Below, in pieces: positions 27,786 to 40,487 of a DNA stretch of 64,000 nucleotides. The notes under the pieces are model-generated. The model did not search any database and was not told the origin of the DNA. It was given only the letters and a program-made list of their open reading frames with translations. Source of the DNA: Octopus vulgaris (Eukaryota); contig OX597842.1 in NCBI GenBank assembly GCA_951406725.2, positions 23,684,001 through 23,748,000 of the forward strand. The letters are read 5' to 3'. Numbering within the stretch: position 1 is the stretch's first letter; each line of letters starts with the position of its first letter. Both the position numbers and the translations under genes were made by a program.

Positions 27786-27975
27786 AGAATTCGAATAACA
27801 TCTGCGCTCAACTCCATTTATTTACTTATACTACACAAATTACTGCACATTAACCCGAAGTTTCTACCTTTGAATAGGTCGCTACATCCTTGTTACTTGC
27901 GTGAATTTTGCTACCCTGGTAACTGTTTATTGAATTTTCCATATTAACGGTAAACAAAGAATAATTCATTCATCC

Positions 27976-28041
<66 letters not shown>

Positions 28042-28200
28042 ATGTGTGTGTGTTTGTGTGTGTGTGTATGTGTGTGTGTGTGTGTGTTTGTATGTTATGT
28101 ATCTATATTGTATATATGTATATACATATAATATATATATATAAAAGATGTATTATATGTGTGTGTATAATATATATATGTATATATATATATATATATA

Positions 28201-28443
28201 TACAATATATAAAAAGGCTTAGTAAAATAAATTACTTTGCCGCATACTGAACTCATTAGAAATAGCAGCTAAAAAACTTTTTTAAAAACCATTTCTAATA
28301 CTTAAAGAAAATCTCTCTCATATAGAGAGAGATTTTCTTTAAGTATTAGAAATGGTTTTTAAAAAAGTTTTTTAGCTGCTATTTCTAATGAGTTCAGTAT
28401 GCGGCAAAGTAATTTATTTTACTAAGCCCTTTTATATATTGTA
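28201..28443. repeat. Near-perfect foldback (about 118-bp arms) beside (TA)n
   Basis: tacaatatataaaaaggcttagtaaaa...gaaaatctctctc / gagagagattttc...ttttactaagcccttttatatattgta. Confidence 0.9.
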
Positions 28444-28521
28444 ATAATTTGAATTCGCCTTTGCATACTGAACACTTGGTGAAATTAATTAATAATTAAT
28501 TAATTTTACCCTCAATTGTTG

Positions 28522-28576
<55 letters not shown>

Positions 28577-28848
28577 CATATAAAGTTAATCCAAACAAGA
28601 AAACACAAAAAAACACAGCAACGCGAGGACGTGGAACAAATAAAGTATTATTGGACGCTCAGGAAAGAAGGGAAGAAGGAGGCTTTAACGTTTCGAGCGG
28701 AGCTCTTCGCCGGAAACAAAGGAGAAGGAAAGATCCCGAGAAGGGAAGACAGAGGAAAAAAATTGCTGGCGGTGCTCACGAGGTCACATGTATATATACA
28801 TATATATGTATATATATGTATATATATGTATATATATGTATATATATG

Positions 28849-28978
<130 letters not shown>

Positions 28979-29454
28979 CAATGTGTGTGTGATAGGATGT
29001 GGTCCATGCATGACACTGTTCCATCCAAATTTTGACACTTGAGTTTAATCAGTTTAAATTCCTTCCATTTTGAATTCAAACTGGATCCTGTACAATCAGC
29101 AGAGGGCTGTAATAATATAAAAAGCATATCATTAACGAGAGAAACAAGCAGGGGCTTCAACCTGGCACTCCTTCATTTCATGTTACACCTGTTTCAGTAT
29201 TTGGTAACACATCGTTGTGTCACACTATAGTTGCAATTGGTAGATGCACCTCATAAGGGCAGCATGCATAAGGAAATACATGCAGTAACCAAAACGAAAT
29301 ACTTGAGAGGTACACGGCTTGAAGGGAAGGGAGATCAGGAGAAGGTAGAGTGGGAACACGACCCCCAGAAACACAATTGTGGACTGGTGTTGAGGAGAAT
29401 GGGGGTTAAGAATTGACCAGAGTTTGGGGATATATGCTGTGCTTACATGCCCCC

Positions 29455-30431
29455 TTAACCCTTTCGTTACTGTATTTTGGATGCTCTGTGTTTCTTTCAA
29501 TTACTTTAAATATAACAAAGAATTTAGTAAAATAACTTAGTTATCATTAAACTGGTGTTAGGAACATAAATTGTGACTAAGGTTTGGTGGAAGATTTTAA
29601 TTCAAAACTTATGAAAACAAGACATTTTGCCACAGAGCCCAGAAGCAGTTTCAGCCGGGCTGGTATCAAAAGGGTTAAGATTTGTTTCTCTATTATATAT
29701 TTTAACCTTTTGTTACCATATTTCTGTTGAAATGCTCTGTGTTTCTTTCAATTAATTCTAAATATAACAAAGAATTATGAAAATAATGTAGTCATCATTA
29801 AGCTAGTGTTAGGGACAAATTGTGACTAAGGTTTCGTGGAAGATTCTAATTCAAAACTTATGAAAACAAGACATTTTACCACAGAGCCCAGAAGCAGTTT
29901 CAGCCGGGCTGGTACCAAAAGGGTTAAGAATTGTTTCTCTATTATATATTTTAACCCTTTTGTTACCATATTTCTGTTGAAATGCTCTGTGTTTCTTTCA
30001 ATTAATTTTAAATATAACAAAGAATTATTAAAATAATGTAGTCATCATTAAGCTAGAGTTAGGAACATAAATTGTGACTAAGGTTTCGTGGAAGATTTTT
30101 ATTCAAAACTTAAGAAAAGAGGACATTTGTACTACAGAGCCAGAAACGGTTTCAGCCAGGCTGGTATCAAAAGGGTTAAGAATTGTTTCTCTATTATATA
30201 TTTTAACCCTTTTGTTACCATATTTCTGTTGAGATGCTCTGTGTTTCTTTCAATTAATTTTAAATATCATAAAGAATTTAGTAAAATAACTTAGTTATCA
30301 TTAAGCTAGTGTTAGGAACATAAATTGTGACTAAGGTTTGATGGAAGATTTTAATTCAAAACTTATGAAAAGAAGACATTTTACCACAGAGCCAGAGCCA
30401 GTTTCAGCCGGGTTAGTATCAAAAGGGTTAA
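29455..30431. repeat. Head-to-tail array of four TTAA-flanked MITEs (period about 250 bp)
   Basis: Units 29455-29678, 29702-29927, 29951-30179 and 30203-30431, each ttaa-ccc...ggg-ttaa (unit 2 begins ttaa-cct), separated by a near-identical spacer gaattgtttctctattatatatt. Confidence 0.9.
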
Positions 30432-30907
30432 GAGAGGGGAGACAGGCGGGTAAGTAGATAACATATCAGGTGACCATTAAGAGATTCTGGGTGCAATAAT
30501 CAAGCACCACTGGGGTTTGTGGTAGCACCATTGATAGATGCGTCCAACTACATACAAACCTGCGGATACGCATTAACATATTAATATGCTTGCTTCCCCA
30601 GCCACTCATGTGCAGAGAGTTGGTGGGTTGGTGGGGGCGGGGAATGAGTAGGAGGATTCCTTAAGCAAGAACCTTTTCTTCACGTTGGTCCAGTTTACTC
30701 AGCGAAAATGAGTTGTGCCTGTATTTCAAAGGGTCAGCCTTGTCACACTCCATGTCATGCTGAATCTCCCTGAGAACTACATTAGGGGTACACGCGTCTG
30801 TGGTGTACTCAGCCATTTGCATGTTAATTTCACAAATTCTTTAAATTGCTCTTTACTTCATTTTACAAGTTTTTAAAAACCATCTTACTTTCCTTTTTAT
30901 TCAAAAG

Positions 30908-30993
30908 ACATGGATGTAAATAAGATTATAAGCAACATTCTGGATGGGGACTTTAAAGATGTCAAACAACTTATCAAAGAAAATCCTGAAACA
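30908..30993 (+). CDS. Candidate upstream exon of the ankyrin-RING-Death gene (MDVNKIISNILDGDFKDVKQLIKENPET)
   Basis: Pyrimidine tract plus aaag acceptor, ATG at 30910, donor ACA|gtaagt; peptide resembles the first ankyrin repeat of mind-bomb-type proteins (GD...V..L....P); phase does not join 36235 directly. Confidence 0.55.
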
Positions 30994-32999
30994 GTAAGTT
31001 TACTATATATTGCTTCCTCAATGTTAAATGTTTGTTTATTATTTTATACACAATATTAAATGTTCCTAAATAACCAGATATATTTGTCCATAATATTTCA
31101 TTTCTTTACCTCTTTCCTCTAATCCTCATCATTGTCACTTTTTATAAATATTCAACCAGACAATGAGGCATGCCGGAATTGATGGAATGTGAGTGAGAGA
31201 GAAACCCATCCTCACACACTGCAATGAAGTATTCTGGCAGGAAATTTTCAGTCCAAGAGATGGGGGACAGATGGATCCTATAGATAAATGGTGACTTTGT
31301 CAAGAAATTCTCTTGCCATACACAGTTGAAGGTTTTACCGATGTCAAGGGCTACACTATTTCTTTTGCAGAAGTTGTCAAACATAACCAGAACACTAGGG
31401 AGTCATGTAGGAATCAGACCCCTGCTTGAACTGGCTTTATGGAACTGTACTGGGGCTCATTGAATAGAGAAAGATACCTAAAGGGACAAAGATGATGGTT
31501 GTTTATGACGTTTTTACTTCATAATTGAAATATTGGAAGTTAGAATGACTGGCTGGTAGTCAGCAGATAGGACACTATCAGCAAGAATTATAAAACAAGG
31601 CTTCTCCAAAAGAGTAGTACTACCCTTGGGTAGGGATTGTGGAACATTTTATAAGGACCAGGGAGCCAAGGTGGCTATGGTGGTACAAATATATGAAACT
31701 CAATGTGTAGTTGAGTTTGGATCAGAGAACCATCATGGTTAGGGAGTGGTGGGTGGAATGATTCTGTAAAATCTATAGAGATACTCTTGGTAAGAGACCA
31801 GAAAATGAGGCTTTAATTTGGAAGGGAAGACAGCTGACAAATGGTGAAATGCAGAAAAAATAACCTTTATTTTCTTGATGACCATCATACATGTATTTCA
31901 ATGGTGGGTGAATGTCTGCCAGTTAGTGAGGGTAGGTGTTTTCCTCAAGGTGGGGTCGATAGTGTTGTTTGTACAGCTGTAATACAGTTGTGTATGAACC
32001 ACTCACACCTTTTTAAATATTGTATGGCTACAAATAAATGTAAGCCCTAATACTGCTGCCGCATTTAGGCTCAAAATTCTGATCACTACTTTCATAATAT
32101 TTCTTATTTTCTCCATTGTTTCTTTTCATTTGTGTCTACTTTTCCATAGCTGCTCATATTTAGTTGTGATTGGTGTCGTTCCAAAGATGTCACAGATGTC
32201 TAATTACAAGTAATTACTTTGTAATAGATTTTCAATCTTTTCCTTGAGCTTAAGCATGAACTGAACAGTCTTTATTTATCTGTTTACCTGTTACACCTTG
32301 ATTTACCTGTGCTCTACACTTTTCTTGTAGATTTGCTTTCATTCTTTTCCAAGTAGATCCCATGTTGCTGTTTCACCAGACATATGGCATCTGAAGATCC
32401 ATGCTTCATTTCAAACATCCTGTTCTTCTCTCACCATTTCTTAAATCTCCTTCATCATTATAGCATTAAATAAAAAGTGCTACTATGCCAGACATCAGTG
32501 ATAACACAGTGTAGAATTTCATGAGCTTTACCAGGGAATACTAAACTAAAATCCAGTCTGATATATTCAGAATCTACACAATTATTTCTGAGGTTTTGAC
32601 CCTTTATAGCTCTTCTCCCGTTCAGTTACTTTATACACCATCTTATGGCCTAATCCCTACAGTTGCTTTGTTTAGATGGTTTCTCTTATTTACCTGTGTG
32701 TCTCCTATCAGACACCACGTTTGAAATCTTGTCAGTGTTCTGTTCAATTCATAATTGATATCATACATACCAGTAATAAACTGGGAGATTTTCTCAACTG
32801 ATTTTTTTCCCCCTCAGTCAGACAAAAGTGAGGTTGTTACTAAGACAAACATCTTATGTTTCATAAGAAAGACTCTTCCATCTACCATGAAACGGTATAT
32901 TTGTAATGATTTCCCTCGATATTGCTCTGTCCACTTCTATGAAAATATAGAAATCACAAGTCATGTAAAGAAAGACACCAATGACCATCTAAAGTGCAT

Positions 33000-33700
33000 G
33001 CCATCATTCACGGGATAGAACACTAAAAGACAGAAAAGGGAGAAGTAAAAGAACCATAAAAAGGAAAGGGTGCATAGGAACCAGTGTTTCTGAATTACAG
33101 AAAGTGTGGTGTTTTTGAAGGTTACAGTGTTCTGACTGCAAACAACCAGTGTAAATAGTTTATTCCGTACCCTGACAATTCTGAGTATAAAATATTGTTT
33201 CCGATATCATGGAAACTGGAATGATTTTTTAAAATTTTATAAGCATGTCTGAAAGTGGTAAAGATATTAAATTACAGAAGTGGTCAAAGTTGTTATTGAA
33301 AGATGAGGGATAATCTTGTGGGATCAAGTGAGTTGCTAGAAATGACAAAATTCTGTGTCGATGCATGGAGAAGCAATACATTTAAGAAATGATAAGTGAT
33401 TGAGTGAAGCTAATTGTATGGTTGTACATCTATGGACAGCTTCCAGTAGATTGGCATTCTGGACAAAATGAGCATACCAGATTGAGACACAACCTATACA
33501 TGATGGCTGCCCCCTCATTATCGAGTATGGCCATTGCACGAAACTTAACTGTTATTGATGCTGTGATCGAATGTGATTTTTTAGCCCAGCTAAAGATCTA
33601 CAATGTCTTGTACAAAATTGGTAACTAAAACCTTTACCGGTAATAGCCGGCTGTAGTTGTAACTGGGCTTCATGTACCTTTGCATGTCATTTAAGTCCTC
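33000..33700 (-). mobile_element. Degenerate CR1-type LINE fragment
   Basis: ORF 33336-33539 (YSIMRGQP...NANLLEAVHRCTT) aligns by eye to the 79-642 ORF. Confidence 0.55.
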
Positions 33701-35052
33701 CTGCCGAATTACACTCTCTTCCACATGCCTGACAGATATGATTAGTATGGTGTGTCACACCACCACCAGTGGCCAGATTGTCACTCATCTGTCTCGCTTT
33801 ATGATAGTAGTAACCAAATAACATCTTTTTCTCCATGAATCCTCTTCATTGAATCACAAAAAATTATTTTTCGTTATTTGTTGTCAAAACAGATTCTTTT
33901 TGTTTTGGAGATATTCTTTGAGAGTCAACAGTTCTTAAAATTGACCCATTGTGATTCAGTGCCTTCTCCTCATATTGATTATGGGGAGATCAATCAATTT
34001 TTCTCCAAAGAAAATGTTATTTGAGATCTAAAGCAACAAGAAAGATTCTCTAGCTTGTTTTGGCAGTAAATAATCTGTAAATTTCTTACAGAAATTATTT
34101 CTCACCTCCATCTGCAACTCAATCAACACATTTTGAGATCTATTATATTTTGAATTGTGCTTCATAAGGTCATCTCTGGACAATAAAACATGTTTTGAAG
34201 TTCTTGTTAGTTTCTATAGCTTCTGCAGTCACAAATTGTTCCAGAATTTTGCACAAACACACAAACACACACACACACCATCATTGTCATCGAATGTTCC
34301 TTTTCCATGCTGGCATGGGTAGGAGGGTTTGATAGGAACAGACAAGTCAGAAGACCACACCAAACACTAGTCTGCTTAGGTTTAGTTTCTATGGCTGGAC
34401 GACCTTCCTAACACCAACCACTTTGCAGAGTATACTGGATGCCTTTTACATGCCATCCAAACCAGTGAGGTCACCAATTAATTGCGAAACAAAGACCTCT
34501 CGACTGGTTGAGGTGGTGAGGTGGGGGAGCTAATATTGCTGGAGAGAAAAGTGTCTTGCATTAGAAGAGGGACATGGCTCCTTCAGTTGGAGAAGACAGA
34601 GGAGGGAAACACTAGGTTAAAATCTAGTGTTTGGCCCATGCAAAGAAAAAAGGAAAAAATAGTGCACTAGGTGTGAAACAACATGTAGTAAACGAATATG
34701 AAAAAAAAAATATGGTGGGGAGACGACTCGGAAAATTCAAATCTCACCATTTCCCCGTTCGTCGGCGAATTTTTTGTTCTTCATTTTCGTTTTTTACACA
34801 TTATTTTACACCCAGTACTTTACTTTTGTTCTATTATTGTGACGGGGCGGGTGGGTGTTGTGCGAACTCGGATGATTCACACGATCTGGTAACCCCACTT
34901 GACAACCGGTCCCAAAAATGAAAACAAAAAGTGTAATAGGTGTAAAACAACATGTAGTAAAGAGTTTTCGGATCCTGTGAGATTGATCGTGTGAATTTTC
35001 CGAGTCGTCTCCACCAACCCTCGTTCGCCAGCGCGTATTTTTTTTTACATAT

Positions 35053-35472
35053 TCTCTTTTACTCTTTTACTCTTTTACTTGTTTCAGTCATTTGACTGCG
35101 GCCATGCTGGAGCACCGCCTTTAGTCGAGCAAATCGACCCCGGGACTTATTCTTTGTAAGCCCAGTACTTATTCTATCAGTCTCTTTTGCCGAACCGCTA
35201 AGTGACGGGGACGTAAACACACCAGCATCAGTTGTCAAGCAATGCTAGGGGACAAACACAGACACACAAACATATACACACACACTTATATATATATATA
35301 CATATATACGACAGGCTTCTTTCAGTTTCCGTCTACCAAATCCACTCACAAGGCATTGGTTGGCCCAGGGCTATAGCAGAAGACACTTGCCCAAGATGCC
35401 ACGCAGTGGGACTGAACCCGGAACCATGTGGTTGGTTAGCAAGCTACTTACCACACAGCCACTCCTGCGCCT
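35053..35472 (-). mobile_element. Full-length tRNA-derived SINE with (taaaagag)n tail
   Basis: Minus-strand head ggcgcaggagtggctgtgtggtaag...ccgggttcagtccc; tail ggcggtgctccagcatggccgcagtcaaatgactgaaacaag(taaaagag)n; partial copies at 12360-12850, 17025-17230 and 46320-46613. Confidence 0.8.
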
Positions 35473-36234
35473 TTCGTTTACTACATTTTATTTTACACCT
35501 ATTGCACAATTTTTTTTGCTCGAGTCAAACACTGGAGTTTAACTTATACACACACACACACATATATAATAAATATGGGTGTGTTTATATATTCATTTAT
35601 GTGTGTTATATGACCGCCATACTTTCTTGTTGGTCACTGTTTCTTTTGGCGGTAAAAATATGCCTCGTTGCCCTTAACAACAAACTTTCTCTTGCATAGT
35701 CTGTTGCTATGACAACATTACATTTGCAGACGTAATTTTGCCGCCAATTACGACGTGCTGCTGTTGTTTTTTTTTTTTAGATTGATGAGAAATCTTCTAT
35801 CAATTAGTTTGTCTATAATTTTCAGACATTCCATCTTTCGCAAAAGGATTACAATATATTTTTCAATGTATACCAAATATGTAGATACTAACAACAGTAC
35901 TTAATCCTTGTTTTGTATTGTACACTCGCTGGGATAAAAATATTTATACTTTATACCCTCACCTATTAATATGTGTATACACACACACGTACACATTTGT
36001 TTACTGTGTATTAACGATTATACGTATTTCAGTGGCTCATATTTCTCTGTCTGTCTCTCTATATACATACATATATATATACACATATACATACATACAC
36101 ATACATGCATATATATATACACACTCAGCTGTAATATATATAGGTTTTTATGCATTTAATTGAACACGGGTGTATATTTAATGTAATTGTTAAGTGAATG
36201 TCTGTGATGTTTTATGTTTTTTTCTTCCTTTCAG

Positions 36235-36391
36235 CCATAAACTTGATGCGGTGGCCTTCTTAGTTTACAGGGGAGCAAATGTTAATAGGCAGAACTCATG
36301 GGGCAACACACCTCTACATCGGGCTGTGAGGAAGAACTATGAAGATGTAGTCAAAGTTCTGTTAAGTAGCAAAGGAAATAACATTTTACAG
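36235..36391 (+). CDS. Ankyrin-RING-Death gene: ankyrin exon (phase 2 to 0)
   Basis: tttcag|C CAT AAA...TTA CAG|gttagc; HKLDAVAFLVYRGANVNRQNSWGNTPLHRAVRKNYEDVVKVLLSSKGNNILQ. Confidence 0.9.
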
Positions 36392-37319
36392 GTTAGCGAA
36401 TACATTTATATTTGTGTATATAGATATGTATATATATGTATGTGTGTGTTATATGTATATGATATACACATACAGTTTAGTGCCCCAAATTTTGTTTCTT
36501 CATAACTGATGATTCATATTTTTAAAAATAAAAGTTGCTGCAAGACTTCCTTTTGTACCCCACAAAAAAACCACCCTTTCTTTAAATTTTTTTCCCCGAC
36601 ACAAATCCCCCTTTTCGGTTAAGGGAAATATGAATCTGCAAAAAAATTGGCAAAAATCGGCATTTTTAAATTACCCCCACCCCCATTTCCTTCATTCTTT
36701 ACTTTTTTCACAATTTTTTTTTTTCAGAATATGCGGAAAAATACGGAGATGATGATTCGGACAAAAATTTCAAAACATTTCTGTAGTTAGGGTTAGGGTT
36801 AGTGTTGGGGGAAAAAAGTCAAAGTTGAAGAAATTTGGGACTGGGTGGAAATTCCACTGCCGATTTTTTGGCAATTTTCCGGAACCTCCGTGTCCGAAAT
36901 TGGGGGGTTTTTGGCAAAAAAATTTTCTAAATAAACAAATTTAGGAGAAAATGGTGGTGGTGGTGGGGGGGACTCTTTCGAAAGTTGCTCATTTCCTTGT
37001 GTGTAGATGATGATTATGGTAATAAAATAAATAACTTTGATGAGTTGCAGATCAATACCCCTCCTCCCATGACACTCACTTTTTCACTTTCTTTCCCACA
37101 ATCCAGACATAATTGTTTGCTACAACATAGAAAAGGGTGGATTTCTGTTAAATTTCATTGAAAAATGGGTGGTCGTTTTGGAAATGGTCTCACAAAATGA
37201 AAATTATTTGTTCAGCAGTTTCTCTAAACAATTTATATTTTTTTAATTTAAAATTTTCTTCACACAGACCTATTACTCAAAGCATTTGACAAAAAAAGAA
37301 GGATATATAGCATCATATG

Positions 37320-40137
37320 ATGTGGAAGACAACTGGAGGTTTCTACGGAACAACCTGCTGGGGGCCACTGACCAGATCTGTGGATGGTGCAAAGTCCCCT
37401 CTCGACCTAAGGTAACGGTGGTGGAACAGCGTTGTTGACAGGGCTATTAGACAAAAGAAATAGGCTTGGAAGGACTGGAAGAGCGGTGGTAGCAGGGAAT
37501 TGCATCAGACTGCCAGAAGGGAAGCTAGGAGACAGGTTTATTTAGCCAGAGGGGAAGCAGATAAGAAAAAATTTGCCAATGTTCTGTGCCATGAAGACCA
37601 AAGACTTGAGGTATTTTGTGTTGCAAGACAGTGTGTGAGAGTGAATCGTGATGTCGTAGGAGAGAAATGTATCCGCATGAATGATGGTTCACTTGCATTA
37701 AACGAGACTGCAAAGAGAGAGGTTTGGAAATGCCACTATGAAAGGTTGTTCTTTAAAGAGAATGAATGGGAGAAAGAGAGTCTGCTGAATGTCGACCCAA
37801 CAGAGGGATCAGCTATCCGAGTTGACATACCTTGGTAGATAAAGCAATTAAGAGTATGAAGACAGGGAAAGCACCCAGCCCATCAGGAATCACCACAGAG
37901 ATACTCAAAATATCTGGCAGTGTTGGCTATAGCCTAGTTACCTGTCTAGTTGACCAGGTGATACATGAAGGACTCATAACTATGACTGGTGTAGTAGCAC
38001 TATAGACAACTGCTACAAAAGTAAAAGTGACGCTTTAGATACAAATAATTATAGAAGTATTAAGTTATTGGATCAGGTAATAAAGGTCACGGAGAGGGTC
38101 ATAGCCCAACTAATTAGGGAGAGAGTCAGTTTAGATGAGATGCTGCTTAGGTTCATGCTAGGGAAAAGCACCACTGATGCTATATTTCTGGTAAGACAGC
38201 TGCAGGAGAAATACCTAGCCAAAGATAAACCTCTGTACCTGGCTTTCGTTGACATGGAGAAAGCCTTTGACAGGGTCCTCCGATCCCTTATCTGGTGCTC
38301 AATGAGGAAACTAGGGATAGGTGAATGGTTAGTGAGAATTGTGCAAGCCACATACAGGAACGCTGTCAGTAAGGAGAGGGTTGGCAACGAGTATAGAGAA
38401 GAATTCTGAGTAGGGGTAGGGGTCCACCAAGTATCTGTCCTTAGCCCCCGCTTATTCATCATAGTCCTCCAGGCAATAACAGAGGAATTCAAGACATGAT
38501 GCCCCTGGGAGCTCCTCTATGCTGATGACCTTGCTCTAATTACTGAGTCACTATCAGAACTAGAGGAAAAGGTTCAAGTGTCGAAGCAAGGATTAGAATC
38601 GAAGGTCCTTAGAGTCAACCTAGCTAAAACCAAAGTTTTAATAAGTAGCAAGGCAGACAAATCACAAACACCTTCAGGTAGATGGCCCTGCTCAATCTGT
38701 AGAAAAGTTGTAGGTAGAAACTATAAGATGTATCCAGTGTAAGCTATGGACACATAAGAGGTGCAGTAATATCAAAGGAAGACTAACTGGGAAGATAGTT
38801 TTTGTATGTGGCAAATGCTCAGGTGCTATAAACACAGAAAATGCGCAGAGAACAGCTTCTGTCACATTCCAGAGAAAAAAACTAGAAGTAGTGGATAGCT
38901 TCCATTAACTAGGGGACCAAGTCAGTAGCAGGGGTGGATGCTCTGATAGTGTAGCTGCTAGAATAAGAATAGCCTGAGCAAAGTTCAAAGAGCTCCTACT
39001 CCTGCTGGTGACAAAGGGCCTCTCACTCAGAGTAAAAGGTTGACTATATGACGCATGTGTACAAACAGCCATGCTACATGGCAGTGAAACATGGGCTGTG
39101 ACTGCTGAGGATATGGCTAAGCTTGCAAGGACTGAAGCCAGTATGCTCCACAGGATTTGCGATGTCTGTGCATACATGGGAGAAAAGTTGGATTTAAGAA
39201 ACATCAGATGTGGTGTGCAGGAGATATGACTGCGCTGCTATGGTCATGTGTTGCGAATGAATGAGGACAGTTGTGTGAAAAAGTGTTACACCCTAGCAGT
39301 TGAGAGAACCTGTGGAAGAGGTAGACCCAGGAAAACCTGGGATGAGGTGGTGAAGCATGACCTTCGAACATTGGATTTTACCGAGGCAATGACTAGTGAC
39401 CGGGACCTTTGCAGATATGCTGTGCTTGAGAAGACTCGACAAGCCAAGGGAAACCATGGCCTATGCCAGTGGATGTAACCAGCCCACTTATGAATACTCC
39501 TCATTCATTGGACGATAAACTGAAGAACTATTGAGGCAAGTGAAATCAAAATTGCTGATGCGGCCGACGACAGTACCGCCTGATTGGCACTCATGCCAGT
39601 GAAACGTTAAAAGCACATCCGAATGTGGGGTGTAACCAGGACACTTATGGGTACCCCTCATTCATTGGACAATGAACTTTGCTTGCGAAGACTTGTTGAG
39701 GCCAGTGAAAACAAACCACAATCGCTGACGTGGCCGATGACAGTACCACTGATGCCAGTGGAAAGTTAAAAGCACATCCAAGCGTGATCGTTGCCAGGGC
39801 CATGGATTGGCTCCCGTGCCAGTGACACATGGTAAACAACATTCAAGCATCATCATTGCCAGTGCTACCGGACTGGCTGCCATGCAGGTAGCACATAAAA
39901 ACACCTTTTGTGCATGAGCATGGTCGTTGCCAGAACTGCCTGACTGGCTCTCATGCCGGTGGCACAAAAGAGGACTCAACTAGACTCTCGGAGTGGTTGG
40001 TATTAGGAAGGACATCCAGCTGTAGAAACATTGCCAGACCAGATTGAGCCTGGTGCAGCCTCTGGCTCACCAGTCCTCAGTCAAACGGTCCAACCCATGA
40101 CAGCATGGAAAGCGGACGTTAAACGATGATGATGATG
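37320..40137 (+). mobile_element. RTE-clade LINE, intronic, degenerate RT
   Basis: GKSTTDAIFLVRQLQEKY, LAFVDMEKAFDRV, LLYADDLAL at about 38515, C-terminal GRGRPRKTWDEVVKHDL, (gat)n tail at 40125-40137; multiple stops and frameshifts. Confidence 0.9.
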
Positions 40138-40255
40138 AGACCTATACATACATACACAAATATATACACACATAAACACATATATACACAAAAATACATA
40201 AACAAGTGACCAGTGAAAATATAAAACACGTATGTATATATATGTGTGTAGAGTG

Positions 40256-40288
<33 letters not shown>

Positions 40289-40487
40289 GTATATATATAT
40301 ATGTGTGTGTGTGTCTGTGGGTACAGGTATGATATGAACCTCATTTATTTACTCCTCTCCAACTTCATTCCACCTGTTTATTAATCTTATTCTTTCTCTT
40401 TTTCTTAAATTTTTCTTTTTTGCGCTGCCCCCCCCCCCCCATCCACTTGATGTCATCTTTAATGTTTTTATTGTTTATCTTTTTTAG

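Noticed and set aside
36785-36803. ttagggttagggttag telomere-like repeat
   Set aside because: Under three units, within a homopolymer-rich, apparently low-quality or degenerate repeat region (about 36520-37300)
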